64,000 bases of DNA from the human T2T-CHM13v2.0 reference genome, Homo sapiens. Positions 44,608 to 60,166 of this stretch are shown in pieces. The stretch is taken from assembly GCF_009914755.1 (NCBI RefSeq), contig NC_060941.1, one strand, 5' to 3'. Below the pieces are notes generated by a model. The model made no database searches, was not told the DNA's origin, and saw only the letters and a list, made by a program, of their open reading frames with translations. The number at the start of each line of letters is the position of its first letter. Within the stretch, counting starts at the first letter, position 1. Both the position numbers and the translations under genes were made by a program.

Positions 44608-45425
44608 CTAAAAACTGCTGATTCTCACTTGGTAAATGGAAACTGAGTTATAGCAACTAAGGTCTGAAGAATCAGAAGTAGATTTATGCTTAACAAAGAT
44701 CTATGTAAGATAAAAATTATTATGTGGAAATTTAGGGCCCTTCCAATTTTAGGTTTCTGACTTCTCTGGAGTGGTTTTCTGGCACAACTAAGACACTGGT
44801 GCTCAATTATGAGCAACACAGCACTTCTCTGAATTATGTGTCCACTCCCTTATATTCTGGATACTTTCCTAGTTGCTCCTAAATTTCCACATTACTACCA
44901 TTATATGCTGCGCAGTATATGAAAATGCCCTTTTGGCATCATCTGTGAACTGCTGAAAACTGAAGTGTGGGCAAATGTCCCATGTGGATATGTATCTATA
45001 TAAACCAAGCCACAGAAGTGGTAAATCAGTCTAAGCACAGAAATGCCTGCAAATTTCCATCAATCAAGTCTAGAAGAACTATCACATGCATTTGAAAATA
45101 AGCAATTGTTGAAAATAAGCCAAGTTAACCAGTTTTTATGAGCTCATAGTGACCGATGGTTAACAGTTTGCTTGGGGTTATTCACTCAGAACTTTACTGG
45201 CATGTTCTATGACTACAAGTACAAGGTACCAAGGAACAGCAGATGTGCACGGCACTGTATGTGAGAAGTATGAGAGGAAAAGCAGATGGCCTCTAGCTGA
45301 ATATCTGAAATTGTTAATTAACAATAAAAAAGTATATAGGTACCAAAATAAAAACCTACAGCTCAGAGAAGGCAGTGTGTATAGACTGTGGAGAAGAGTA
45401 CCTTGAGCTGAACTCTGAGAGATGG

Positions 45426-45430
<5 letters not shown>

Positions 45431-45457
<27 letters not shown>

Positions 45458-45558
45458 AGAAGGAGGAGGAGGAGGAGGAGGAGGAGGAGGAGGAGAAGGA
45501 GGAGGAGGAGGAGGAGGAGGAGGAGGAGGAGGAGGAGGAGGAGGAGGAGGAGGAGGAA
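45431..45558 (+). repeat. Compound purine microsatellite: (AG)n, GAA GAA, (GGA)11, GAA, (GGA)20
   Basis: Read directly; 128 nt with no pyrimidine. Confidence 0.98.
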
Positions 45559-48500
45559 CTTTCCAGAAAGGAAACAGCACAAGCAAGAGCTTGAAAGTCT
45601 ACACTGAGTATAATGTGTTCTTAGCCAACAGTAACTTGACTGATGCCTGGAGCTTTTGGTGGATATGTAGGTGTGGGTGTATTCTAAGAAATAAGCTAAA
45701 CATTTATCCTATGGGTGTAGGACAAACTCTGAAAGATTTCAAAGGTCAGGCTGACAAGTTCTAATAATCTAGTTTTCCCTAGTTTCCCTCACTCCAATTT
45801 CTCATTATGAATGCTGAAATGAGCAGGTCCTTTAAACTGGAGAGGCTAGGAGGTCTCCTCAGCTATGCAGAGTTATTGAAAGTTTTCAGTCAGGAAATGA
45901 CATAATAAAGCCAGTGTTTTTCTAGTGATGAAGATGATTTAAATATAGTTGCTCTACAACTATTCTTCTATTGACTGAACTATTCCATTTTTCAAATAGA
46001 ATAATAATTCTTAACAAAGTAAACTGGTTCTTGTCTTAGATTCTTTCTGGAACAATGTGGTATCATACCTATGCCTAGTTAATGGATAGGAACTGTCATC
46101 AAATTTAAATTTTCTCTTAAACCTTGTGTTATTTTACCACTTTAGGTGGCCAAAAAAGAACAAATGGTAAATAAATATATTAATGGAAATTTTTGGAGAC
46201 CACTGATCATGCTTAGTTCAAAAAGCCATACTTAGTGGCCTTTTGGGGGAGGGGAGATGGGTGTGCTTCTGGCTGAGAGTTTATATTGCATACATATAAT
46301 GTGGCCATATTTTGTGTCAGTACAGTTTGTATGATAGAATTAAACATATATTTAATGAAGTTTTGCCAAGTGTACCAGAACACATTAGAGAACTACTGCT
46401 TTTACATAGCCATATTTGAATCTACTCAATTTCAACAGATTTGGAAAGGACTACAAATAACTATAGGGGGCAGAAATTTAAAATTTAATAGAGAAAGGCA
46501 GTCTACTATGGCCTCTGGTTCATTCATGGTAAAGTGAAATAGAATTTGTATTTCTAGTATGTACGCAAATTCTCTAAAGTAAAGTAGTATATTTCAATAT
46601 GCTTCTCCCTCACTAAAACTGATTTAAATATAAATGGGATTGAATGAGTTAACGGCTGTCCCATAGAGGCTCCCTGTATTCCCAGCTCTTGGCACACACA
46701 GTAGGTGCTTACTCAACATTTTAAAAATCAATGAATTAAAGGACTGAATATAGCAGGGAGTCAGAGATTTTAGGTCTTGTTATTGATCTTGCCACACATT
46801 TATTTATCAAGTAGATTTGGGTATATAGGCTTTCTGTGCTCATTTTTTCCCTCTCTGAAATCAAGATGATAAAACTTCTTTTACGTATGGTGATGCTTGA
46901 AATACTGTGTGTGAAATGATTTGCACTCTTTGGGAGAAAAGGATCTTATAAATAGAAAGCATTGTTCAGGTTACCAACAGCATTCAAATTTAATTTGTAC
47001 CACATGGATTATGCGGAGGGCCCATGACCTAAGTAATGAAGGTTGCTGAGCCCTAGATGCCCATGGAAAAAAGCTTTTTCTCCTTGTTTTTCTGGCTGCA
47101 AGAGTGACTGCTGTTTCCTCTGCCTGCCTGTTCTAACTATGATGCACTTATTTTCCGCAGCCTCATCTCAATTCCTTATTATGAATACTGAAACCAGCAG
47201 GTCCCTTAAATTGGAGAGGGTAGGAGATGCATACATCTGAAAGTGCAGTAATAAGGGCCCTGGACTTAAGAATGAAGAGTTGAGAGAGATGAGTAAAGAA
47301 CACTGACTAGGACGTGCGAGAAAAGACAGATCAATCCCAACGATTCATCATGCCAGGAGCTGTCCAAATAATCAAAGGTATCAGCCAGGGTGATGTATAG
47401 CTGATGTCACTTGGGGAGACCCTTAACAAGGCGGTTAGTACAACAGCTGCTGCTGGTCAGTGAGTAGCACAGCACATGCCAGGCCAGGGCAGAGGAACAT
47501 AGACCATCCATCACTGACCCAACCTAATGGCTAGGCTTATTAGTAAACATTCTCTGTGGCTGACAGCCTGTAATGGTACAGGATGTTCCCCTACTGTCCC
47601 CCAAATAAACTGACCCACCTGACAGATGTGTGAAATCCGTGGTCTCTCTTCAGATTGTTTGAGTAAGTATAATTTATTCTATTTTATTGAGACAGGCAAG
47701 AATGGATCTTTAGAAAGAATAAGAGAAGGGAGTTATGTATAAAGCCTCCATTTAGCAGAAGTATTTGTAATCCACTTCCCCCAAGATACGTTTTTTTTTT
47801 CCTTCTTAATCATAAATCAGAAAAGTGACAGTATATGTTGACATGCATGCATTTTTCTATAGGCACTATTGTAGGTAAGTTTCATCTATATCTCTATTAT
47901 GGATCAGAAATTCCCAAAGTGGAAATAAAATCCACTCTCTGTATTAAAGATATCTAAGTCTACTTTAACTACATTATGTTCTTGGAGGGGATATCTTAAT
48001 GGACTAAGTATGAGGTTTGAAATATCTAGACTTCCTGGAACCACAGGTTCAATTCCCAGCTGAATCAGCTCAGTCCTCCAGTCTTCACTGGCAGATAAAG
48101 TAAGATGCTAACAAGCTTACTGTGCATAGATCTATCAGATGAGTTGCAGTAACTCATAATCTTGCCTATTTTTTTTGAAGTGGACATTTAACTTGATTTT
48201 GGTGGTTTTGATCTTGAAAAATTCCATACAGTCTGCATGGTAAACTTGATGCTTAATTTATTCAAAAGGGATGTGCTATTTAGGGTGAGCTCGCACCCTC
48301 CACCAAGTTTGAGACATTCTTAAACATCTGTGGGGTTTGAAATGGGCAGGTTGTTGCGATTCCAATTACCTCTTCCTAACTCCATACCTTCCAGTTTGCC
48401 TGGACTTGAGCTTCCTGTCTTGCCTCACCCTTTAGTGTATCTTCCTCTTGGCTTGACCTTAGCTTGGCTCTCTAGTTTTGGTTATTGAGCTTGCTTTGAA

Positions 48501-49179
48501 TTCTGGCACAGGTGAATTCTTCAAGCCCTACTTAACTTGGATTCTGGACTTTTCACTACTCTGACTTCCAGGACTGGCATGATATCTCAAGTTTTACTTC
48601 AGTTTCTGTGAATGGAGAGGGAACATGGTATAAAAAAAGAGCTCTAGGGCTTGGGAAAAATTAAGAGTTTCCAGAAAGACTATTTCCTAAACTGCCCCTG
48701 TTTATTCTTGTTCTGTGCGCTAGTCCTAGCACTGACACAAAGTAGTTCTGCAATGATGAGCAAGTCATTTGATTTATCTGCAGTTTGGTCTGCAGAATGG
48801 GTAGGCTAGACTACATGAGTTCATGGCTCCTTCTCTGTCCTAAGATTCTTGGATCTTTCTTGGTTTCTGTCTGGGCACCCCATCACTCAAGCACCAGCTC
48901 AGTACAGAAAGGGACTGAAAAATGTTTTAAAACCTAAATTTTATGCATCATCATAGCCACTAATTAATGCCAATTGAGCACTAACACCTTGTGTTAAGAA
49001 TTTTAGAATTCTTTACCTCTAGTGGAAAATAAAAGAATTTTAGAATTTTATAGAATGCAGAGAGGATTGGCATTTTGGAATTTTTTATCAAGGGGAGATT
49101 CCATAACATAGTCTCAAAGAGAAGCTCATTTTTATTTTTATTGTGGGGTCTGAAAGAAATGAAGTTGACTGGCTAGTAG

Positions 49180-49400
49180 AGAGTGGTGGTGAAGAACATG
49201 GACTCTGCAGCCAGAGAGCCTGCTCTGAATCCAGGTTCCAACCCTTACCAGCTGTGAGACTTCAGCGAACTGATCAATTTCTCTGTGTTTCAGTTTTATC
49301 TTATAAGGTTGTTACGAGGATAAAATGAATTACTGCTAAATAGTGCTTAGAACTGTGTCTGGAACACAATATGCACTATGTAAATGTTGGTTAAATAAAT
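49180..49400 (+). mobile_element. MIR
   Basis: catggactctgcagccag...ctctgtgtttcagttt...gttgttacgaggataaaatga...gtgcttagaactgtgtctggaacaca. Confidence 0.85.
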
Positions 49401-50019
49401 AAAAATATTGGAGCTACAAAGTCTCTCATTCATTTCAAGGTGTATTTCTGTGTATATCCTGATCATTAATAAGTAGCAGAGATATTATGACATATATTTA
49501 ATATCTACAATTAAGTTGCAGGCTTATGCATAGAGAAACACTGATGTAATTCAGTATTGTTAAGATTGCAGGAAACATAATTATATAAGATGTGGGGGTG
49601 GGGTAGGGTGTGTGTGAGAGAGAGAGAGAGAAAGACAAAGAGAGATAGAGAGATAGAGAGATTGAATGAGCATGAGAAATCTTTCTAATACACCAAGAAA
49701 AAGTCTGTCTCTAAAATACTTAATTTTTTCACACCGTGTATTTGTGTCTCACTAAAAAACGCAATATAGAACATCTGTATTGTTAATAAACCTCCCATAG
49801 AGAGCACTGACACTTGAATAGCCTGAAATGTTTTCTGACATCTGACCAGAGCTAATCATAGATGCTTCTATAGGTTGGTTTCTGCTTTTGGAGCATTATT
49901 CAAATATTGCTGCAGTATTGTGTTAAATTCTCAAATCATACCCAATAGATAGCAAAGGTGGGCCTTGAATAATTTAAGCCTTGTATTAGGTTTTGTGTTA
50001 GAACTGAGGAAATAGCCTG

Positions 50020-50210
50020 GTGAGCATTTATTAGACTCCACTTATGTATCAGTTGCTGTTCTAAGTGCTTTACATGTATCAACTCATTCAGGTTTCAAAA
50101 CAACCTTATGATGTAGGCGTTTTCCCATTTTATGAATGAAGAAACTGAGGGATACAGAGTTTAAGTAATTTGCTCAAACTATACAGCTAGTGACTGCCAG
50201 AGCTCAGTTA
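50020..50210 (-). mobile_element. MIR
   Basis: ctaagtgctttacatgtatcaactcatt...cccattttatgaatgaagaaactgagg. Confidence 0.85.
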
Positions 50211-50768
50211 AGCCTTTTTGTTTAGTGCCTGGGGTTTTGGGCCAGGTCCTAGGCATTTTGGAAAACTGAAGAGAGAACTAGGCACCACAGAGCTGGGCTA
50301 AAGGAGCTGACACTGTGGTGGGATTCCTAATAGAACCCTGTGGTTTGCTGGCACAGGGCCCTCTACAGGCAGGTGGGGTAAGAGCTGGGGCAGATAAGGA
50401 AAGACACCACAGTTTAACATCTGATGCTCAGCTCAGAGAGGAGACCTCTCTGCCTCTTCTCAGCACTGCCTTCAGGTCTGGAGTGAGTCTCTGTACTCTT
50501 GGTCGTGCATCCCTGAGGGTGAGGTCTGGATCCTACTCTCTTTACACCCAACACTTAGCACCATGTCTGACACATTGTAGGCACCCAAAAGACCTGCGGT
50601 TAAGTATGAATCTCTTTTTTCAACTTAGGGTTCTGAAGCTTTAATATGAAAATTTTATTTATTTTTGTTTTTATTACATAGACTTGGAAATAAAGCAAGA
50701 GAATGATGATCATCAACTACCTAGAAGCATCAGTTAAGTTAGCAGTACTAAACCTTTTTTTGTCATCA

Positions 50769-51140
<372 letters not shown>

Positions 51141-51916
51141 TCATAACTTTTTTCTCCTTAATCTTGAGTTTATATATTTTGGCTGGTGCTAAACACCAAT
51201 GTCACCCTCTCCAATTATAACAGCAAGAAGACATTTTAACCTAAACAGTGTTCTTCAGATTAATGAAATCTAATAGCAACTCTTTCACCTCTGGGCTATT
51301 CCAAACCAAGTGGTAATGACCAAAGACCATTCCTCATCTTGTGCTTGGATAGGAAACCCTGAGAAATGAGTCTTGGGCTTGGTCCAGTTTTTAGTGGAAA
51401 GTGCACACATCACAAAACTTAGTTTCAAAATTCGCCTCCATGCTGACAGTCTCTGTTAGAAGGGCAGAGCATCCAGGCTCAGACCTTGAACTGAAAAATC
51501 CTTCTCACTTTTCAACAATGCCCCTTTGGGTTAGAATGCAGGTCAGGCATACTTGTCCAGCCATGGCCATTACTGGGCTGTCTGCTCTAGGGCTAAAAAA
51601 AGATGTTGATTTCCTGGAATATCTGCCCTGCAATTTTTACAGGAACAATGTTCATTAAATTAAAAATAATAAACCAGGCAATGTTCTTGTGTAACCTGTT
51701 TCTTAGAACTTGCTGTCCACATGACAGCCTTCCAGGATGTCTTTTCTTGTCCATACTAGGTTAAAGCATCAACAAAGCTTTGTTTTGTGTTAAACTCAAA
51801 GGTGTCTTTCTGCAGATTCTTCCAGAACTGCCTGATGGGGGAGAGGGAAGATCATGCCTGGCAAAAAGTGATTTACACTAACATATACACAAAGAAGATA
51901 ATCATCTTGTTTTATG

Positions 51917-52208
51917 TGCCGGTTGCAGTGGCTCACACTTGTAATCCTAGCACTTTAGGAGGCTGAGGTGGGCAGATCGCTTGAGGCCAGGAGTGTGAGA
52001 CCAGCCTGGGCAACATGGCAAAACCCTGTCTTTACAAAAAATACAAAAAATTAGCCAGGTGTGGTGGTGTGTGCCTGTAGTCTCATCTACTTGGGAGGCT
52101 GAGGTGGGAGGATCCCCTGAGCCTGGGGAGATAGAGGCTACGGTGAGCCACGATCATGCCACTGCACTGCAGCTTGGGTGACAGAGTGAGACCCTGTCTC
52201 AAAAAAAA
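51917..52208 (+). mobile_element. AluJ
   Basis: TSD ttgttttatg. Confidence 0.93.
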
Positions 52209-52561
52209 TTGTTTTATGAGTGAGTAAGCATATATAATTATAAGTAAGATCCTAAATCTTTATTAGACAGACATGTAATGAAATGGAATAGAATAGAGGC
52301 ATAATGACATATTAACCTGATTTTTGCATAAAAGCACAGTTGCATAAAAAAGATATTGTATAGTCCTTTATGATAATGAAATGTATTACATATATTATCT
52401 CATGTAATCTGCACAGTTTAGGAGGTAGATGTGATACAGATGATGAAGAAAGAAGGCTGTGGGCATTTAATTCAGGGATAGGTTAAAGGATAGATGCAGG
52501 CAGTGTTTACATCTCTCTGTCCCAGTCTGTTTAAACCATAGTATTTTCAAGTTAGTGTACA

Positions 52562-52735
52562 CAGTGGTTTACAAATCAGCTGCATTTGCATCACCTGGGC
52601 ACCTTAAAGATACCTCTAGAGCCTTGCCCCTGTTTCACCAGATATCAGAATGAATTTCTGGGTCAGGTTATTGGAAATTTACATTTTTAACAGACTCCCT
52701 TAAATTATTCTATTATGCTTCCATGTTTGAGAGAG
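52562..52735. mobile_element. MER5-type MITE
   Basis: cagtggttt...gcatcacctggg...catttttaaca...tgtttgaga. Confidence 0.7.
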
Positions 52736-53009
52736 ATCTTCACACTAAGGGTCTCTCAGACCAGTAATTATACCATTATTTCAAAAAACAGCTAATAATG
52801 TGTAGGGATTATTGCAATAGCTGTTGTAAAAGCATACATGCTTACACAGCCTGAAGAAAGAAGGCTGCTTTTGCAGAAAGCAAAAGCAAATTAACTTAAC
52901 AACTGGCATAGTTTGAGGAAGGGTACTACACAAGTAGAAGGGTACTAAATACTCTATGTAGTTGAGAGGGTTTCAGAAAATGAGTTAATAAAAAAAAAAA
53001 GAAAGCAAG

Positions 53010-53310
53010 GAATTTTACGCTGAGACCTTCTAACTGTCCTGAAATATTTGAAGGGTTGTCCCATAGAAATAGGGAGTAGTGGGAGTACTAGGACCCACAA
53101 GCTGAAGCTAATGACAGTGGGGGTTAAGTTCAGCCTGAGAAAGACCCTTTAGACCTTAGAGAGCTTCCACCTCCCCAGCCTTTGGGAATAATGGTGGTCA
53201 TGAGGTAGGAAGCCTCACCTCACTGCAGGGTTAAGCAGGGACTATATAACCTAGTGTTAATAGATTCTTACACTGATGGATAAGTTGGCTTTATCTTCTA
53301 TAATTCCTAT
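53010..53310 (+). mobile_element. L3/CR1 3' fragment
   Basis: aaatatttgaagggttgtc...tgaggtaggaagcctcacctcactgcagggttaagcag resembles L3. Confidence 0.6.
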
Positions 53311-55016
53311 TTTCTCTATACTCTCCTATTCATTCTTCTCAAAATACCTATGTAAAAAAAACAAAGGCACACGTTACTGATACATATTTTATAATCTGAG
53401 AAACTGAAGTCAAAAGCTGAGGTGAGTTGCCAAAAGTGAGGCACTTGCTAGCAAAGCTAAGAACAGATCTCTCCTTCCTGGTATTCTTCCTTCTTAACCC
53501 CCTTTTCTTCACCCTACAAACCACATAGGTGCCTCTTAGGAAACACTAAAGCACTTAGGAATATAGCTGAAAACTGCTATTGTAGGCCAGTCACCTTCGA
53601 ACCTAAAAATGCAAGTTCCTGGGCGTGCCTCAGATTAACTGAATCATAATCTGTGCAAATGGGACTCAGGAATCTGTATGCCAGGTTGGGCACCACCATT
53701 TTAGACTTCTTTCCATCTGGAATAAGGGACAGGAAATCTGATAGTCTCGTGTTCTATATACTATTCTTTGTAACTGCTGATTGATTTCTATGAGTGCAAA
53801 GATACCACCAGGTGGGTACCTTTTTATGTAAAGATTTCAATGCTCTTGCTTTACATTTACATGGGCACAAATATTTATATAATGATCACAAGTTTATTTA
53901 CAGAAGTAACAGATGGCTGTAAAGGTGATACAAATGTATTTGAGTCAACGGTAAAGGTTCCATTGTGTATTTTACAGGCCTGGGTAAATGTCAGCCTTTA
54001 CCCAAATATTGGCAGCATAAAGTATATGGATATGGGAACAGTATGGAGTTAGAAAAAATTCCCTGCCCTTCTCGTAGGCTCTGAGTAAGTATCCCATTGG
54101 ATTAACCAGAGTCCACTTGATTGCTACAGTTTCAATAGCTTGTTCAGACATCGATTGCTGTCATGTCACTAGGAGAAAAGGATTAATAATAGGGTGCTCA
54201 GGCTGGCTCAATACTGCTGATAGTGCCTGACAAAAGACCGTTAGTAGGACTCCCATGGGGACACTGCCTGCATAGGAAAGCTACAAACAACATCATTCAG
54301 GATTTCGCAGAATAATGATTAACTACAGAACTTCAGCCTACAAAACCCAACCAACAGTTCTATTATTTCCAAATAAATTCACTGCTTGATCTTCCTTTTC
54401 TTAGGTTCACAGATTATCCAGAATCAGAATGTCTAGTGGATATTCATAACCATGATTGTGTTCTTATATAAGTCACTGTGCCTGGACTGTTTTTGAGAGA
54501 TGCATTTCTGCCAATCCTGATCATGGAAAACAGCAAGATACTAGAGGAGCTTGGTTTGGCAAGTGTCTCCTGAGTAAATTTTACAAAAGAAATGCTCCAT
54601 CTCCAATAGGAACTCTGTGGCAGTTGTGGCTAATGGGTACCACAATCTGGGGAGGTCACCAGTTCTGGATCTCACATTTGAAAAAACTCAATTTCAGCTA
54701 TGGAAAATTAAATGGGGCTACTTTGCAATGGGTTTCAATGTTCAGTTGAGATTAAGGTGAAGGAGGGTGTTAAAAGGAAATATTGATGATTCTTTACATC
54801 AATAGAAAAGAGAAAGGATGGCAGTGCTAGAATGTGTGGTTTTGTTGAACTGTGTTGTCCCTGTTTGGCAAAGGTTTGGTGATGGAACTAGAAAGAAGGG
54901 GACAAATTCTGACTTCTAGTAAAAACAAGAATAGTCTGTAATTTAAACAGATAAAATATAATACTATAAAATTTTACTGTACTAATTGTATAAAATATGG
55001 GTAAAATAAGATTACT

Positions 55017-55371
<355 letters not shown>

Positions 55372-57619
55372 TTATATGACAAGAGTTCCAAGTTGTTTGA
55401 GTGTTTGGTTTTTTTGGCAGTGAAAGGTTTAAGGGCATTTATCTCTATAACTAGCAATTTAATAAGTACATGACTTCTTACTCAAGTGCATTTAGATAAT
55501 TTTCTAAGCTTTCATAACAGCTTTATTTATTTATGCTTTAATGCCTTTCCTCTTAAGAGCTCAAGATGCTGGTTATTTAACATTTTATATTCAGATATGA
55601 GGATTAAAAAAAGGCACTGGGTGCCATGCTGCTGTCTCCAATGATAGCTCCACTAAAAATAACACAATTAACTTGATGTCAGCCCTCAGCTTGTTCTTAA
55701 ATATAGGTTTCTTAAAAATATCCAGACTACTTTAATTAGAGTCACAGAATATTTTAATTATTCCTAAAAGACTGAGTATACTCCATTGACTACAATAAAG
55801 ACATGAGATAGAAAGCAGTTCTCTAGGAACTTATATATGCTAATGATTATGTCACATTAATGGGAATATGGGCAGTTGTTTAGGATGAAATTGGTACAGG
55901 GCTAGACATGGACACCTGTGAAGAAAACTGAGGCCATGTGTCATCTGGCATGAGGTAAATGGCATCTGAGCCCCAGATATCATCAGAAATGCAAAATTCT
56001 GAAATTCAAGGTAATACGTTGTTCAGTTCAACTTAATTTTAATCAGATGCAATCCAACCCTGGAAACCTTTATTCAGCATCTGTTATATGTCAGGTAATG
56101 TTCTGAGATCTGTGGGGGTACCAAAATAAATAAGAAATACATTCTATTTTCAAGGCACTTTTTTTTTTCTGGTAGGAAAGACAGTCAAATAAATAACCAC
56201 AGAATGTGACGAGTAAAAAGCAAAATTACAAATGTATGCATTAATACAAAATGAATAAAGGAGATTTATGGTGGCATGATATGGCAGAACAAGGATGAGT
56301 TTTGAAATCATGCAGACCCTGGTTTAAATTCTGGATATTTCAATTGCTTGCCATAAAGCTTTTAGCCTTGGTTTTATGTTTTGAGAATGGAGATCTCAAT
56401 GTATTTTAAAATGCTTTGTGAAGATAAAGCAAGGCAAGATTTGTAAAAGTATCGAACTAGTTCCTAGCATGAGAATCCTAATAGGAGCTCAAGAAATGTT
56501 ACGTTTTTCCTTGTGTGTATATGTGAAGGCTTCACAGAGGAGACAAAGACTGAGCTGGGTTTTGAAGGATGAATAGGAGTTCTCTAAGACTAATGGAACA
56601 ATATTTGGAAAAAGAGAGATGTGGAAAAGTGGGGAATATCTGGTATTGTTGATATATAAAAGGGGAATGAGCAGCAAAGGGACCTGAAGATAGGGAGGTG
56701 GCAGAGATCTACAAAGAAAGTGAGAAATGAACATAAATGTGTATACTTAGGGAACACCACAGAATGTGTGACCATGGAGCATTCAGCATCACCATGGTTG
56801 AAGGTCCATAAAGTAACAAATTGTCCTAACTTGCTAGACAACTATCAAGTTTGAACAGCCTCAAAAGTTAGCTTTCACTTTTTTTTTTTTAGTGAGTTCA
56901 TCAAAGTTGCTCACAGACTCCATTTAGTAGAAAACTGCAGAACAAGATCAACTACAACAAAACTCTGAATGCAGACACAGTCATTTCATTCTGTGCTAAG
57001 GTAACTGATAAGTGGACAATAGAAGAATATCCAAGATGCTGCTGGAAATTGTGTTAAAGTAGGACAAGCATGAGAGAGGTTTAATGCCATGAAATCTTTC
57101 AGTAGTGCAGCAAAGCTGAGGATGGCAAAGAATGTTGGTGTTCACCTCCCAACTCCAACTCACAGTGCTGAGAACTTAGCAAGTGTATGATGCTATTCCA
57201 CTCCCAGAATAACATCACCCAGAGGCAAGTCTTGCTTGTACTTGGACCAGTAATCATAGCTCTTTCTCCTGCTTTACTCATCAGGAGCCTATAGTCAAAT
57301 ATACCAGAGAATACTAGAAGATCTGTCTTTCCTACAAGTCTGGTATGTAGCTCAAGGGACCACACTTGCTTTTCTTTGAGAAATGATCCATTGATTTAAG
57401 AGGAAAGCCAGCCCAGGATTTTGGGTGGAGTGGCAGACACAATTTGAAGGATAAAATTCATGAGGAACCATCTGAAAAGATGTTGGGCCTTTTAAAAATA
57501 GTTACACTGGATGTGATGATTGTAACATTTCAAAGTCAAGGGAGAAAAATACATTCATACATAGAGTTAACAAGGTTAAGCAAAGCTCTTTAAAGTTGAA
57601 AATGCTTTCCGATATTCCT

Positions 57620-57830
57620 TCACTTATTCAATAAACATACACTGAGCACCTTCAAAGTTTTAGGTACTGGAGAGACAAAGATGAGTAAAATAACTGCTGT
57701 GAAGGAACTCAGTCTAGAGGAGAAGGGGACAGAATGTAAACAAATAACTATAATGCAATTTATCATTTGTATTAAGGTTTCTACGAGATTCTTTGGGAGC
57801 ACAGAGAGGGTAATTGTTTCCAAATCTTGA
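57620..57830 (-). mobile_element. L2 3' end
   Basis: attcaataaacatacactgagcacct...taggtactggagagacaaagatgagtaa...aaggaactcagtctag. Confidence 0.8.
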
Positions 57831-58329
57831 ATATTACATTACTATTATTGGAATATACACTATGTAGAGGTTTATATACCACAGTAGGTTCTTGATAAAT
57901 ATTCCTTGTATTAATGAATGAAAAGTAATCAATCCCCAAATATAAATTTCTCTATCATATTAGGTTACTTAATCACTTAATAAGATTACATAAACAAATT
58001 TAAAGTACTTGGTGTAAATCTGGCAATTTATAAAATGCTGTGAGACTATGGAAGACTGCTTGCCAATGGAGGAGGAGGAACGAATAGGATGTTAACTGAG
58101 ACTGCGAAGTTTGAGCTAAATCTTGAAGGAAGAGAAGGAATTCACCAGACTTACAAGTAAGAAACAGGATTCCAGACAAAGAGAAAAGTATCTGCTAAGG
58201 TGTGTAAGAGTGTGTTTTACACTTGATAAGTCATTTAGTATATCTGTAGACATAGGATGCTTGTAAGGAGAGTCACAGGAAATGAGGTCAGGAAGTCAAA
58301 ATAGTAATATCTACTCTATTGTCAAGTAG

Positions 58330-58560
58330 TTACATTTCTTACTATGTGCCAGGCACTGGGCCAAGCAATTCTTATGCATTGTATCATGTAATCTTCAAAA
58401 CAACAGTAAGAGGTAGGTACTACCATTATCTCTATTTTATGAATAAGGGAACTTGAATTTGGTGAGGATAAGTGACTCACTCATGATCATACAACTATTA
58501 GGTCATGAAGTTGGATTTGAAATCCAGTTCTTTCTGACTCCAGAAACCATCCACTTACTT
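58330..58560 (-). mobile_element. MIR
   Basis: cttactatgtgccaggcactggg...aggtaggtactaccattatctctattttat...ggatttgaaatccag..tctgactccag. Confidence 0.88.
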
Positions 58561-58899
58561 GTTGTTAGTTCCACCTTACGTATTACAAGGGTATTTGTTG
58601 TGCCCTAATCATTTCAGGTTCCCAAATACAATAAGAGAATGTCATAAAGATTTTCAGGGCTATGGTAAAATGAGGAAAATAAGGACTACATAGTGATTTT
58701 TTCCATAAAGTTGTATCATTATTCAATATAAGAGACTTTATTCCTAACTTGTGTTCTTCCTATTTTCTGACATCAAAATTCTTTTTTTGTTTGTGAAATC
58801 ACGTAGCTAGAAGGTGGTAGTGATCTTAAAAATGTTCTGGTCAAAACTGAAAATTGTCAATCCCATGATACTGTTCCAAACCTATAAATCATTGCTCTA

Positions 58900-59758
<859 letters not shown>

Positions 59759-59833
59759 TGATTTCTATCTCACCAAGCTTCTGGGGACAAAAAGATTATC
59801 TTTCATGTAGTCATGAAACTTGACATAAGTTTG

Positions 59834-60166
<333 letters not shown>

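Noticed and set aside
44903-44920. Near-palindrome atatgctgcgcagtatat
   Set aside because: Single short imperfect palindrome; expected by chance.
45178-45764. Poly-G/P/L/R ORFs
   Set aside because: Frames of the (GGA)n repeat.
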